NCBI RefSeq assembly: GCF_006345805.1
Contig: NC_043021.1
Location: 6,076,001 to 6,140,000 of the forward strand
Length of the DNA stretch: 64,000 nucleotides
Source: Octopus sinensis
Taxonomy: Eukaryota
Direction of reading: 5' to 3'
In this document: one piece after another, positions 38,571 through 51,600 of the stretch
How positions within the stretch are numbered: the first letter of the stretch is position 1
How the letters are laid out: each line of letters opens with the position of its first letter
Position numbers and translations under genes: made by a program
The notes under the pieces: generated by a model
What the model saw: only the letters and a program-made list of their open reading frames with translations
What the model was told of the DNA's origin: nothing
The model's database searches: none

Positions 38571-39727
38571 CGTCTGGCTGTCGCAGAATTATTTTTTTTT
38601 CTTTTATTTGTGTCTTGTTTTTTTCTTTTCTGCGTTTTTGGTTGATTAATTTGAAAATATTTTAATTTGGCATTACCAAGGGAGGCAACTCGAAGACCTG
38701 CGATGTTAATGTTATTAGCAAAGAGCATTATGAATGAATAAAGAAGATGTACAGAGTAGATGTAATTAGTCACAGAGGGAGTTTGGCTTCATGCAAGGTG
38801 AAGTGAAGTGGAGGGCTCATCAACAGCTTGGAATAAGGATCACAATGATGGGTGATCGGGATTTGATCAGCTGCAAAGAAAGTGAAACCGATCGGTTTGA
38901 AGTTGTCAATAAATACCTCGTAGATCTAACATCGCACCATAACTTAATGCATAGTCAGAATTCTGTATATATTTTATCTATATTTCAATAAACTTTATCA
39001 TTTAAAAGTATAGCAGTTTATTCACAAAATATTTGTCTGTCTGTCTGATTCGTTATTTACCTATCTGTCTGCTGTTTAGCCATATTCCGACCAAACACAC
39101 ACACACACATTTGTAATAAGGAAGGCTTCTTTACATATCAGAAAATAATTTGTCACATTTGGAGCCTGGTGCAGCTTCCTGGCTTCCCAGACCCCGGTCG
39201 AACCGTCCAACCCATGCTAGCATGGAAAACGGACGTTAAACGATGATGATGATGATGGTGATGATGAATAGGAAAGGTGTTCATACTAAGCAATAAATGG
39301 AAACATTCAAATGAAATAACGTGACACACGCTGAAAGTCTTTGCTAGAAACTCAACATTTGAGCAAATTTTTACATATCAAATATACATTCAGGTGTTGT
39401 GTTGTGTTTCTTCAATCTTTCCAGGTTGAATATACAGCTGTAGAAACAGCTATTAGGAGAGTGTACACTAAACTCAACTCAAGACACTGAATTTTTGGCA
39501 CTCAATTTGGCTGTATTTGTAGGCCTCACTCATGGAAGGTTTTAGTCAGACTACTGAACTATCCTGTGAACAACAGCCGCTTGTTGGATAAAATCTTGGT
39601 TGTGCAATGATTGAATTGTGATTTCTATGTGGCAAAACGCTAGACTGAATCCAATTCTATACATGCATCAGCACTCTGAACACCAATATGCTTAGAAAAA
39701 TACAAAAGAAAAAGGACATCTGTAGAC

Positions 39728-39926
39728 CAGTGGTTCCCAAACTATGAGTTGTGACCCACAGATGGGTCGCGAATGGAATCTTAGTGGGTCGCAAAAAGTT
39801 ATAAAATTATGCATTAGCTTTGATTAACTGCTGTCTATCGAGATAGTTCAAGTAGAGTTAAGTGGGTCGTCATAAACTGGTGTGATAAATAGTGGGTCGC
39901 GACTCTAAAAAGTTTGGGAACCACTG
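39728..39926. mobile_element. hAT (Charlie-like) MITE, second family
   Basis: TIR CAGTGGTTCCCAAACT / AGTTTGGGAACCACTG, exact 8-bp TSD CTGTAGAC. A third type at 60093-60344 has the same terminal motif. Confidence 0.88.
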
Positions 39927-41163
39927 CTGTAGACCATTGATAAGGAGTTTGCAAATCCAGTACCTAAGATATGCTTTCAGTTTCATGCCTATCATTATTG
40001 GAGCAATAGGACATACACCAACCTGTCGGGAGCAAAGTATGGCTGAATTTGGGTTCTTGGGAAGAGAACACAATTTAATTATTACATGACAAATGGTCCC
40101 AATATCTGGGACAGTAAAAATCTGCAAGACCTTCTTGAAATTTAAAGGGTTGTCACAATTGTGTGTGGCTGAATGTATGTAGCTACACCTTGTGAATAAT
40201 TAATAAGCAGCTTGACCCCACCCAAGGGGTCAGATGATGCCCATGAGGGTGCCTGATTGCTCCAATGCCTTAGCCTCACCATTGAGGTAATGCTGTGAGC
40301 GTGTTGCCTTGCCTTAGTAGGTTTTGTTGAACCCTGTGGTGTACGGCCAGTTGGAGCACATTGTGGTGAATTTAATGCTTTGCTTTCTTTTTTCTTCCTT
40401 CTTTCTCATTTTCCTCTTTTTCTTTCTTTCTTCTTTCTTCACTCATGGTTGAGTTTTCTTTGGTTTTGGATTTGTATTTTAATGTTTTTTTTTTTTTATT
40501 ATATATGTATCATATACATAGGCGCAGGAGTTGTTGTGTGGTAAGTAGCTTGCTTACCAACCACATTGGCTCCGGGTTCAGTCCTACTGCGTGGCACCTT
40601 GGGCAAATGTCTTCTACTATAGCCCCGGGCCGACCAATGCCTTGTGAGTGGATTTGGTAGACGGAAACTGAAAGAAGCCTGTCGTATATATGTATATATA
40701 TATATGTGTGTGTCTGTATATGTTTGTGTGTCTGTGTTTGTCCCCCTAGCATTGCTTGACAACCGATGCTGGTGTGTTTACGTCCCCGTCACTTAGCGGT
40801 TTGGCAAAAGAGACCGATAGAATAAGTACTGGGCTTACAAAGAATAAGTTCTGGGGTTGACTAAAGGCGGTGCTCCAGCATGGCCCCAGTCAAACGACTG
40901 AAACAAGTAAAAGAGTATAATGTGTTATATATTCTTTTATTCTCCTAATTATTTCATTCATTTAACAGTCGCCATAGAGGAACACAGCCTTAAAGGGTTT
41001 TTTAGTCAAAGAACATTATTATCAAATATAGGAGAGTACAAATATAAATGAAGACAAGATATAATTATTTAATTAAATATTTGTGATATTTATTTTACAC
41101 AGGAAACAGAGATGGCAATTTTAATAATAATGTTAAAATAATAATAATAATAATAATAATAAT

Positions 41164-41385
41164 TCTTTTTTAAATTTTGGCATAAGGCCAGCAACTTTTG
41201 AGAGCAAGAGGGTAGTTGATGGCATCAAACCTGGTGTTCAACTGGTACATGTTTTATTGAGCCTGAAATGATGAAAGGCAAAGTGTGGATCTTGGTGAAA
41301 TTTCTACTGAGAACGTAAAGAGCAGGAAGAAATGCTGCTAAGCATTTCATCCGATGAACTAATGATTCTGCCAGCTTGCTGCTTA

Positions 41386-41425
<40 letters not shown>

Positions 41426-42342
41426 TTATAATGATAAATGGCGGTGCCCCAGCATGGCCACAGCTCATTTGCTGAAACTGGAAAAATCAAAATCAAAATC
41501 AAAAAAATGGTTTCAAATTTTGTCAGAAGGGCAGCAGTTTGGGGTGAGGAGATGAGTCGATTACATCGACCCCAGTTTTTAACTGGTACTTATTTTATCG
41601 ACCCCCGAAAGGATGAAAGGCAAAAGTCAACCTTGACAGAATTTGAACTCAGAACATAGCAACAGGCGAAATACAGCTAAGCATTTTGTCCAGTGTGCTA
41701 ATGATTCTGCCAGCTCACTGCCTTATTAATGATAATAATAATAATAATAATCTTTTTTAAATTTTGGCATAAGGCCAGCAACTTTTGAGAGCAAGAGGGT
41801 AGTTGATGGCATCAAACCTGGTGTTCAACTGGTACATGTTTTATTGAGCCTGAAATGATGAAAGGCAAAGTGTGGATCTTGGTGAAATTTCTACTGAGAA
41901 CGTAAAGAGCAGGAAGAAATGCTGCTAAGCATTTCATCCGATGAACTAATGATTCTGCCAGCTTGCTGCTTAAATAATAATAATATAATAATAATAATAA
42001 TATAATAATAATAATATTATAATGATAAATGGCGGTGCCCCAGCATGGCCACAGCTCATTTGCTGAAACTGGAAAAATCAAAATCAAAATCAAAAAAATG
42101 ATTTCAAATTTTGTCAGAAGGGCAGCAGTTTGGGGTGAGGAGATGAGTCGATTACATCGACCCCAGTTTTTAACTGGTACTTATTTTATCGACCCCCGAA
42201 AGGATGAAAGGCAAAAGTCAACCTTGACAGAATTTGAACTCAGAACATAGCAACAGGCGAAATACAGCTAAGCATTTTGTCCAGTGTGCTAATGATTCTG
42301 CCAGCTCACTGCCTTATTAATGATAATAATAATAATAATAAT
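41164..42342. repeat. Near-identical 591-bp tandem duplication of SINE remnants bounded by (AAT)n
   Basis: Identical ORFs at 41438 and 42029 (offset 591); very few differences between the copies. Confidence 0.9.
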
Positions 42343-42882
42343 TCTTTTTATTATAAGCATAAGGCCTGAAATGTCAAGGGAGTGGGTAAGCTGATTACAT
42401 CAATCCCAGTGTGTAACAGGTACTAATTTTACAGACCCTGAAAGGATGAAAGATAAAGCCAACCTTGGCAGAATTTGAACTCAGAATATGAAGACAGACA
42501 AAAAAAACCACTAAGCATTTCATCTGGTGTGCTAACGACTCTGCCAGCTTGCTGTCTTAATAATAATAATAATAATAATAATAATCCTTTCTACCGAAGG
42601 CACAAGGCCTGAAATTTTGGGGAACAGACTAGTGCTTTTTACGTGCCACTGGCACGAAGGCCAAGCGAGGCTGGCAACAGCCACAATCGGATGGTGCTTT
42701 TTACGTGCCACTGGCACAGATGCCAAGCGAGGCTGGCAAACGGCCACGATCGGAGGGTGCTTTTTACGTGCCACTGGCACAGAGGCAGTCGGGGCACGCT
42801 GGCAAAGGCCACGTTCGGATGGTTCTCTTATGTGCCACCGGCACTGGTATCACAGCTACGATTTCCATTGATGTTGATCGAT

Positions 42883-43545
42883 TATTATGTTGTGCGGTGA
42901 GAAAGGTGAAACAACAAACCACATTATTAGTGAATGTAAGATGCTTGCACAGAAAAGAGTACAAGAGAAGGCACGACAACATTACCAGATTGGCTCACTG
43001 GAAGCTCTGTCATAAGTATGACACGAGCAGAAGTGAGAAATGGTTATGAGCACCAACTGGAAAGGGTTGTTGAAAACGAGCAATATAAGATCTTGTGAGA
43101 TATGACCATCCAGTGTGACCATCTTATTGTGGATAGAAAACCTGACAATGTTGTCGTTGAAAAGATGAAGAACAACAAAGCAATTATTGTGGATATTGCT
43201 TCGCCATGGGACACAGGGTGAGTGAGAAGGAAAGTGAGAAAGTTGAGAAGTATCAGAAAGGAAATCAAGGAACTATGGAGAACCAGGCACTTAAAAGTGG
43301 CATCGATTGTGGTTGGCACAATGGGAGCAGTTAGTAAAAGATTGGATATATGGCCAGAGATGCTAGGAAATGCCATTAGGACAAGACTGTTGCAGAAAAC
43401 AACCTTGTTAGGGACAGCAATGATTCTAAGGAGGGTGTTAGAAAGTTGAAGGAGAAGGAATGACCCAAAGGACCTTCGGCCACTGGATATGACTTGCTCT
43501 TTTGGTATAGTGTTGGTATAATATGTCAAAGTGTCATGAATAATA
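42883..43545 (+). pseudogene. R4/Dong-like non-LTR retrotransposon 3' end (zinc knuckle plus restriction-like endonuclease)
   Basis: ETTNHIISECKMLA..EYKRRHDNI, RKPDNVVV, IIVDIASP, IVVGTMGAV; frameshifted; ends in (AAT)n. Confidence 0.78.
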
Positions 43546-46500
43546 ATAATAATAATAATACTGATGGTTTCAAATTTTGGCACAAAGCCTGCAAGTTTGG
43601 GGAGGGGATAAGTTGATTACATCAATCCCAGTGCTCAACTGGTACTTATTTTATCGACTCCAAAATGATGAAAAGTAAAGTCATCCTCAGCAGAATATAA
43701 GTAAAAATGTAAAACTGGACAAAATGCCATTAAGCATTTTGCCCAGCATGCTAATGATTCTGTCAGCTCAGTGCCTTAATAATAATAACAACAACAATGT
43801 GGCAGGAGACAGTGGCTTTCATGGCTTCTGATTGGAAATTGTTAACATGTGCGTAGTTTGTCTTGGTATAAAAGATGGGTTACAGCAAATATTCTGCTCA
43901 ATACCACAGATTTGCTTGTCAGTTGTTTGATATTAACCAGTTGAGCATGTCCCTTAGTGGCTTCTGATCATGAGCAGAAGTAATTGGGGGGGGGGGCATC
44001 GTAGCCATGGGTTGAGAAGAATTCTGTGGGGTTTCAATACTTCATCTCTGGAAACATGGGTATTTTGCTCACCGTCCTGAAACAACCCTTATCCAGGGAC
44101 CTTTTGAATGGAACGAGCTACTTGATCTGAAGAAAATTCTAACAGTGCCTTACCTGCAAGGTCATATGGGTATATTGGGCTTCAATATTTGTACCCCAGC
44201 ATCACTTAGATAGCATGCGCTGCTCACTCACACAATAATAATAATTGTTTCTAATTAAGATAGAAAAATAAAGCTGCGAGCTAGCAGAAACATTACCATT
44301 CCAAACAAAATGCTGCTAAGCATTTTGTCTGTCTTTGTGTTCTGAATTCAAATGCCTTCAGGTCGACTTTGCTTTCATCCTTTCCGGGGTCAATAAAATA
44401 AGTACCAGTTGAAAATGGGAGTCAATGTAGTTGACTTAAACACCGCCACACACAAAACTGCTGGTCTTGAGCCAAAATTTGAAACCCAATTTAGATAGGA
44501 AACCTGAAATTTTGAAGAGAGGAAGCTAGTCAATAAAATCAACCCTGGTGCTTGACTGGTTCTTTAGTTTATCAAACCTGGAGTGACGAAAGGCAAAATT
44601 AACCTCAGCAGAATTTGAACCCAGAATGTGAAGGTTTGGTGCTCTAGTGTTTCTACCAATCCATCCATCACTTTTTGATTTTCAACCTTTCAGGGGTTGA
44701 GTAAGACAAACTCAGCAAACAGGACATAAAATAACAACAACAACAACAATTACAACAGCAGCAGACTGCCACTTGTTTTCATTTTTGGTTTAAACATTTT
44801 CATTAATAAGAAAATTTCATTATACCTGCCCAAATAACAAACAACCACACATCGTTTCTATCATAGCAGCATCACTGAAACCCTTAAACACACACACATA
44901 CATCTACTATAATACTAGCTTGTTATTTTTTTTTTATCATTTTGAAATAATAGTCATAATAATGCTTCCTACTAAAGGCACAGTTCAGCAGTTTTGAGGG
45001 GAGGGAGCAAGTCCATTACAACGACCCCAGTACTTGATTGGTACTTTATTTTATCAACCCTGAAAGGATGAAAAGCAAAGTCCATCTCTGTGGCATTTGA
45101 ACTCAGAGGGTGAAGCTGGATGAAAAGCTGCTAAACATTTTATCCAACACGCTAATGATTCCGCCTTAATAATAAGAGTAATCCTTCTTGTTATAGGTAC
45201 AAGGCCTGAAATTTTGTGGGAAAGGGGCCAGTCAATTATATTGACCCCAATGCTCAACAGGTACTTAGTTGGATACTGAGGTTGATGTAACTGACTAGTT
45301 CCTTCCCCAAAAATTTCAAGCCTTGCACCTTTAGTAGATATCATCATCATCATCATCATTATTATTATCATCATTTGGGCTGGCAGAATTACGGTATGCC
45401 AAACAAAAAGCTTAGCGGCATTTCTTCCGGCATTACATTCTGAGTTCAAATTCTGCCCAGGTCGATTTTGCCTTTCATCCTTTCGGGGGTTAATAAAATA
45501 AGTACCAGTTGAGCACTGGGGTCGATGTAATTGAGTAGCTCCTCCCACAAAATTTCAGGCCTTGTGCCTGAAGTAGAAAAGATTATTTTTTACTATAGCC
45601 AAATCATAATTAAATTATTCATTATAATAGCATGAAGATGGATCTGTTAGTTTTGATAGCGAGTGAGTTTCCCAGTTATTTGATTAACTAAACTGGCAAT
45701 TTGTTAACTTCACAATTAAGCAGCTGTGGATTCTGCAGACATGTGTATTCTTGATGTGTTCCCAGCCAGAAATAAACTATGGTAACACAACGTGATAAAA
45801 CAGGAATTTTGAATTATAGACACAAACCTATTTCTTTACTACCCACAAGGGGCTAAACATAGAAGGGACAAACAAGGACAGACATAGGTATTAAGTCGAT
45901 TACATCGACACCCAGTGCGTAACTGGTACTTAATTTATCGACCCTGAAAGGATGAAAGGTAAAGTTGACCTCGGCGGAATTTGAACTCAGAACGTAAAGA
46001 CAGACGAAATACCCATTTCTTTATTACCCACAAGGGGCTAAACATAGAAGGGACAAACAAGGACAGACATAGGTATTAAGTCGATTACATCGACCCCAGT
46101 GCGTAACTGGTACTAAATTTATCGACCCCGAAAGGATGAAAGGTAAAGTCGACCTCGGTGGAATTTGAACTCACAACGTAACGGCAGACGAAATACCGCT
46201 AAGTATTTCGCCCGACGTGCTAACGTTTCTACCAGCTCTCCGCCTTATAGACACAAACCATGCATTGAGTTTCCATTTACCTACAAAGTTCAGGACAGCC
46301 TCAGGTTATGATAAAGGGCACATGTCCAGAATGGGATACAGTTGGATCAAAATTGTGTACTTCAAAGTCACTGTCAACGCTATTCTTGTTAAAGAATAAT
46401 AAATATACATATATGTGCATACATACATGTATATAATATATATACACACATATATTTATACACACATACACATACATATATATACATACACACATACATA

Positions 46501-47466
46501 CACATATGTGGGGCCATTCTGAATCGTGCACACATAGACACACACACATATATATACTCTTTTACTTGTTTCAGTCATTTGACTGCGGCCATGCTGGAGC
46601 ACCACCTTTAGTCGAGCAAATCGGCCCCGGGACTTATTCTTTGTAAGCCTAGTACTTATTCTATCGGTCTCTTTTGCCGAATCGCTAAGTGACGGGGACG
46701 TAAACACACCAGCATCGGTTGTCAAGCAATGCTAGGGGGACAAACACAGACACACACATACACACACACATATATATATACATATATACGACGGGCTTCT
46801 TTCAGTTTCCGTCTACCAAATCCACTCACAAGGCATTGGTCGGCCCGGGGCTATAGTAGAAGACACTTGCCCAAGGTGCCATGCAGTGGGACTGAACCCG
46901 GAACCATGTGGTTGATAAACAAGCTACTTACCACACAGCCACTCCTGCGCCTACATATATACATACGTATATACACACACATATACATACATACAGACAT
47001 ATTCTTATGTACAAAAAAAAAAATTCTTAAACATGTCCCCAACCCTATTCCACTCCAAAATATTAATTTTAGAATATTTTTGTTTTGTTTTGTTTTAGTT
47101 CTAAAAGTTTTCATTTTGTTTCCAACCAGCAGCAAAATGAAGAAATAAAGGAGAGGAAGAAAAGTTTGAAAAATAATTTTCTTTGATTCCAATGTAGATT
47201 TTTTTTTGTATAATGTTGTTGTTGTTCATGTTGTTTTAAGTTCCCATGCGATGTTTATTTGTCTCATACATAATATATGTTGCATATCATTTGTGTGTAT
47301 ATATATATGCGTGTATGTGTGTGTGTATGTGTGTGTGTGTGTATGTGTGTGTGTGTGTGTGTGTACATGTTTGAGCGTTACAAATGATAGTAAAAATTTA
47401 TTCATTCAAAATTGATGGTTCAAATCTGTCTCTACTTTTGAGTTTTTCTGATTGAAATATGCGTGC

Positions 47467-47527
<61 letters not shown>

Positions 47528-47576
47528 TATATACATATACATATATATATATTATATATATATATACATACATACA

Positions 47577-47708
<132 letters not shown>

Positions 47709-47726
47709 AGAAGATGTGTGTTTTCA

Positions 47727-47839
47727 TCACCAGCTGCCATTCAAGTCATTTGCTACTTTCTTCATAAACTCCTTGTGGTTAGCGTAAAGTTTGAGGCTTT
47801 GTGCTATATCAAGCCATTTCACACTGACAGCATCATCCC
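47727..47839 (-). CDS. NUDT9: NUDT9 last coding exon ([37 protein letters not shown])
   Basis: TTTCAG| acceptor, phase 1, TGA TGA stop; candidate AATAAA on the minus strand at 47397-47402. Confidence 0.93.
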
Positions 47840-48591
47840 CTGAAACAATAAGAAACATTAATTAATAAAATGAAAGTAATTCATCACAACATCATCATCA
47901 TCACCATCATCATTTAATGCCAGTTTTCCATGCTGGTATGGGTTGGACGGTTTGACCAAAACTAACAAGGCCAGAGGCCACATCAGGTTCTGTTGTTTGT
48001 TCTGGCAGGGTTTCTATGGCCGGATACCCTGGGTGCTTTTAAGGTGGGTTTCTATGGCTGTATGCCCTGTGTGCTTTTGAGGTGGGTTTCTATGGCTGGA
48101 TACCCTGGGTGCTTTTAAGGTGGGTTTCTAAGGCTGGATACCCTGGGTGCTTTTTAAGGTGGGTTTCTATGGCTGGATGCCCTGGGTGCTTTTTAAGGTG
48201 GGTTTCTATGGCTGTATACCCTGTGAGCTTTTGAGGTGGGTTTCTATGGCTGGATGCCCTGGATGCTTTTTAAGGTGGGTTTCTATGGCTAGATGCCCTG
48301 GGTGCTTTTGAGGTGGGTATCTATGGCTGGATACCCTGGGTGTTTTTAAGGTGGGTTTCTATGGCTGGATGTCCTGGGTGCTTTTTAAGGTGGCACCAAC
48401 ACAAGTGCTTTTTATGTAGCACCAGCACCAGTATCAATTCTGCTGTGGTATACAGGTCTTCTCAAGTACAACAATGCACCAGATATCTTGGTCCTTAGTC
48501 ATCTCCCCTCCATAACGCTCAGTGTCTTGAGATCAGCCTTCAATACACTAATTGTGGATCTAAGTGGTAAGAGGTCAAATCAGAGTAGGTA

Positions 48592-48625
<34 letters not shown>

Positions 48626-51600
48626 TTAAGCTGCTATTTCTAGCAGATCAATAGGCGATATTGATGCTCCATCACTGGCTCAAAGGTAATGGTGATGGCA
48701 TTGATTATGTTAGTGGTGATGGTGATAATGGTTGTGGTGATGATGATGTTGAAGTATATAAGGATCAAGTTTTTCACGCTCAGAGTTGCTGAAGCATGGA
48801 ATAAACTGCCTGCGTCAGTTGTTGACTGCCATGACACTGCATCCTTTAAGGCCCTCATACTTTCCGAAATCCGCCAAAACTACACCTGATTATATATACA
48901 CTTTAGATGAGTTGTAGTGCACCTGAGCACTGTACACAATTATTATTATTATTATTATTATTATTATTTTTATAAGTTGATGATAAAGATGATGGTGATA
49001 ATGGTTGCAATGACTGTAATGATGATGATAATGATAATGGTGATGATGAATCTCTGTTAAAATACTCACCAGCAGTCAGTGCTAAATTAGCCACACTAGT
49101 TCCATTGTCGTCGTGGAAATTCATGGCAACTGTTTCAATCCAAGAATTGTCTGTGTTCCTGATATCATCCACATAACCTTTATATACCTAAGTATAGATG
49201 AACAAAAACAAGAGGGGAAAATGGTAACTGTTGAACATGGCAACAGGTGAACATGGCAACGGAACATGATAACAGTTGAACATGGCAACAAATAAACATA
49301 GCAACAAATAAACATTGCAACAGGTGAACATAGCAACAGGTGAACATAGCAACAGGTGAACATGGTAACAGGCGACCATGGCAAAAGATGAATTGGGGTG
49401 CAGGACAATGGGTAAACACAAAGAGATGAGCATAGCAACAAGAGAATAGAACATAACAACTGATAATAGAGAAAAGTGAATACATGTTTTGTAGTTGTTT
49501 AGCTGCAGGTCAACCTCAGTGTATATAGAGGCGCAGGAGTGGCTGTGTGGTAAGTAGCTTGCTAACCAACCACATGGTTCCGGGTTCAGTCCCACTGCGT
49601 GGCATCTTGGGCAAGTGTCTTCTGCTATAGCCCCGGGCCGACCAATGCCTTGTGAGTGGATTTGGTAGACGGAAACTGAAAGAAGCCTGTCGTATATATG
49701 TATATATATATATATGTATGTGTGTGTCTATTTGTGTGTCTGTGTTTGTCCCCCTAGCATTGCTTGACAACCGATGCTGGTGTGTTTACTTAGCGGTTCG
49801 GCAAAAGAGACCGATGGAATAAGTACTGGGCTTACAAAGAATAAGTCCCGGGGTCGATTTGCCTGACTAAAGGCGGTGCTCCAGCATGGCCGCGGTCAAA
49901 TGACTGAAACAAGTAAAAGATACGATTGTGAGGTTGTGACCTCGAATCCTGGACCGGGCTGCGTGTTGTGTTCTTGAGCAAGACACTTTATTTCACGTTG
50001 CTCCAGTTCACTCAGCTGTAGAAATGAGTTGCGATGTCACAGGTGCCAAGCTGTATTGGCCCCTTTGTCTTTCCCTTGGATAACACTGGTGGCGTGGAGA
50101 GGGGAGGCTGGTATGCATGGGCGACTGCTGGTCTTCCATAAACAACCTAGCCCGGACTTGAACCCGGGAGGGTAACTTTCTAGGTGCAATCCCATGTTCT
50201 GTGTCATGACCGAAGGGGGTCTCAGATCCACTGTATCCTTTATCTTTTAGAAAGTAGGGGTAATTTGAGGGACATGCAGCTATTTTAGCAGGATGTGTAA
50301 TCAAAGAGGTTCCCTTGTTCATTGATTTTTTTTCTTTGAAAGTTGTTTATTTGATGTAGCTGTTAGTTGATTTTACAGCTGGATGGGTGTCTCTTTCTAT
50401 CACAACACCTGTACTTCCTACCCTTTGGTCAGTAGTCCTGCAGTCCAGCACTGTGTCCCCACACCCACTACATGACAGCAATATGAAACCATGCATAACT
50501 TTACCATGGTTCACTTATTCCTGCACAAAGGAACTCAGTTACAACTATTCCTCCAAACCTTCACTCATCTGTGTTTTTTTTTCCCTTGCTGATATTGATT
50601 TCCCGCAACAATTGTTCGGACTGGACATTGGCCAAACTAGTCTGACCCATGTAGGAGGAGCAGAGACAACAACAATCACAAGGATGGACATACGCACATA
50701 CTCTTTTACTCTCTTACTTGTTTCATTCATTTGACTGTGGCCATGCTGGAGCACCGCCTTTTAGTCGAGCAAATCGACCCCAGGACTTATTCTTTGTAAG
50801 CCTAGTACTTATTCTATCGGTCTCTTTTGCTGAACCGCTAAGTTACAGGGACGTAAACACACCAGCATTGGTTGTCAAGCAATGTTGAGGGGACAAACAC
50901 AGACACACACATATATATATATATATATACATATATACGATGGGCTTCTTTCAGTTTCCGTCTACCAAATCCACTCACAAGGCTTTGGTCGGCCCAAGGC
51001 TATAGTAGAAGACACTTGCCCAAGGTGCCACGCAGGGGGACTGAACCCGGAACCATGTGGTTCGTAAGCAAGCTACTTACCACACAGCCACTCCTATGCC
51101 TATGGAATGGCTATGTACAGATAACTCAAGACTGCTGTTCAAACACATGCTTCTGGTCACTCTGAGTTATTTTGGTTAGCTCATTTTTGTGGCTGTGTGA
51201 TAAGAAGCTTGCTTCCCAACCACCTAGTTCTGGGTTCAGTCCTACTGTGTGGCACCTTGGGCCGACCAAAGACTGTGAGTGGATTTGGTAGATGGAAATT
51301 GAAAGAAGCACACTGTATGTGTAAGTGAGTGTGTCTTTATGTTTTTCCTCCACCACTGACTGACAACCAATGTTGGTGTGTTTACATCCCCATAATTTAA
51401 TGGTTTGGCAAAAGAGACCGATAGAATAAGTATTAGGCTTAAAAGAAATTGTGGGGTTGATTCGTTCAACTAGAATCCTTCAAAGCAGTGCCCCAGCATG
51501 GCCGCGGTCAAATGACTGAAACAAGTAAACGAATAAAAAGAAAATGAATAAGAATATTACCTAGGCTACAAATTTGTTCACTCCACTAGAGACAAGATTG

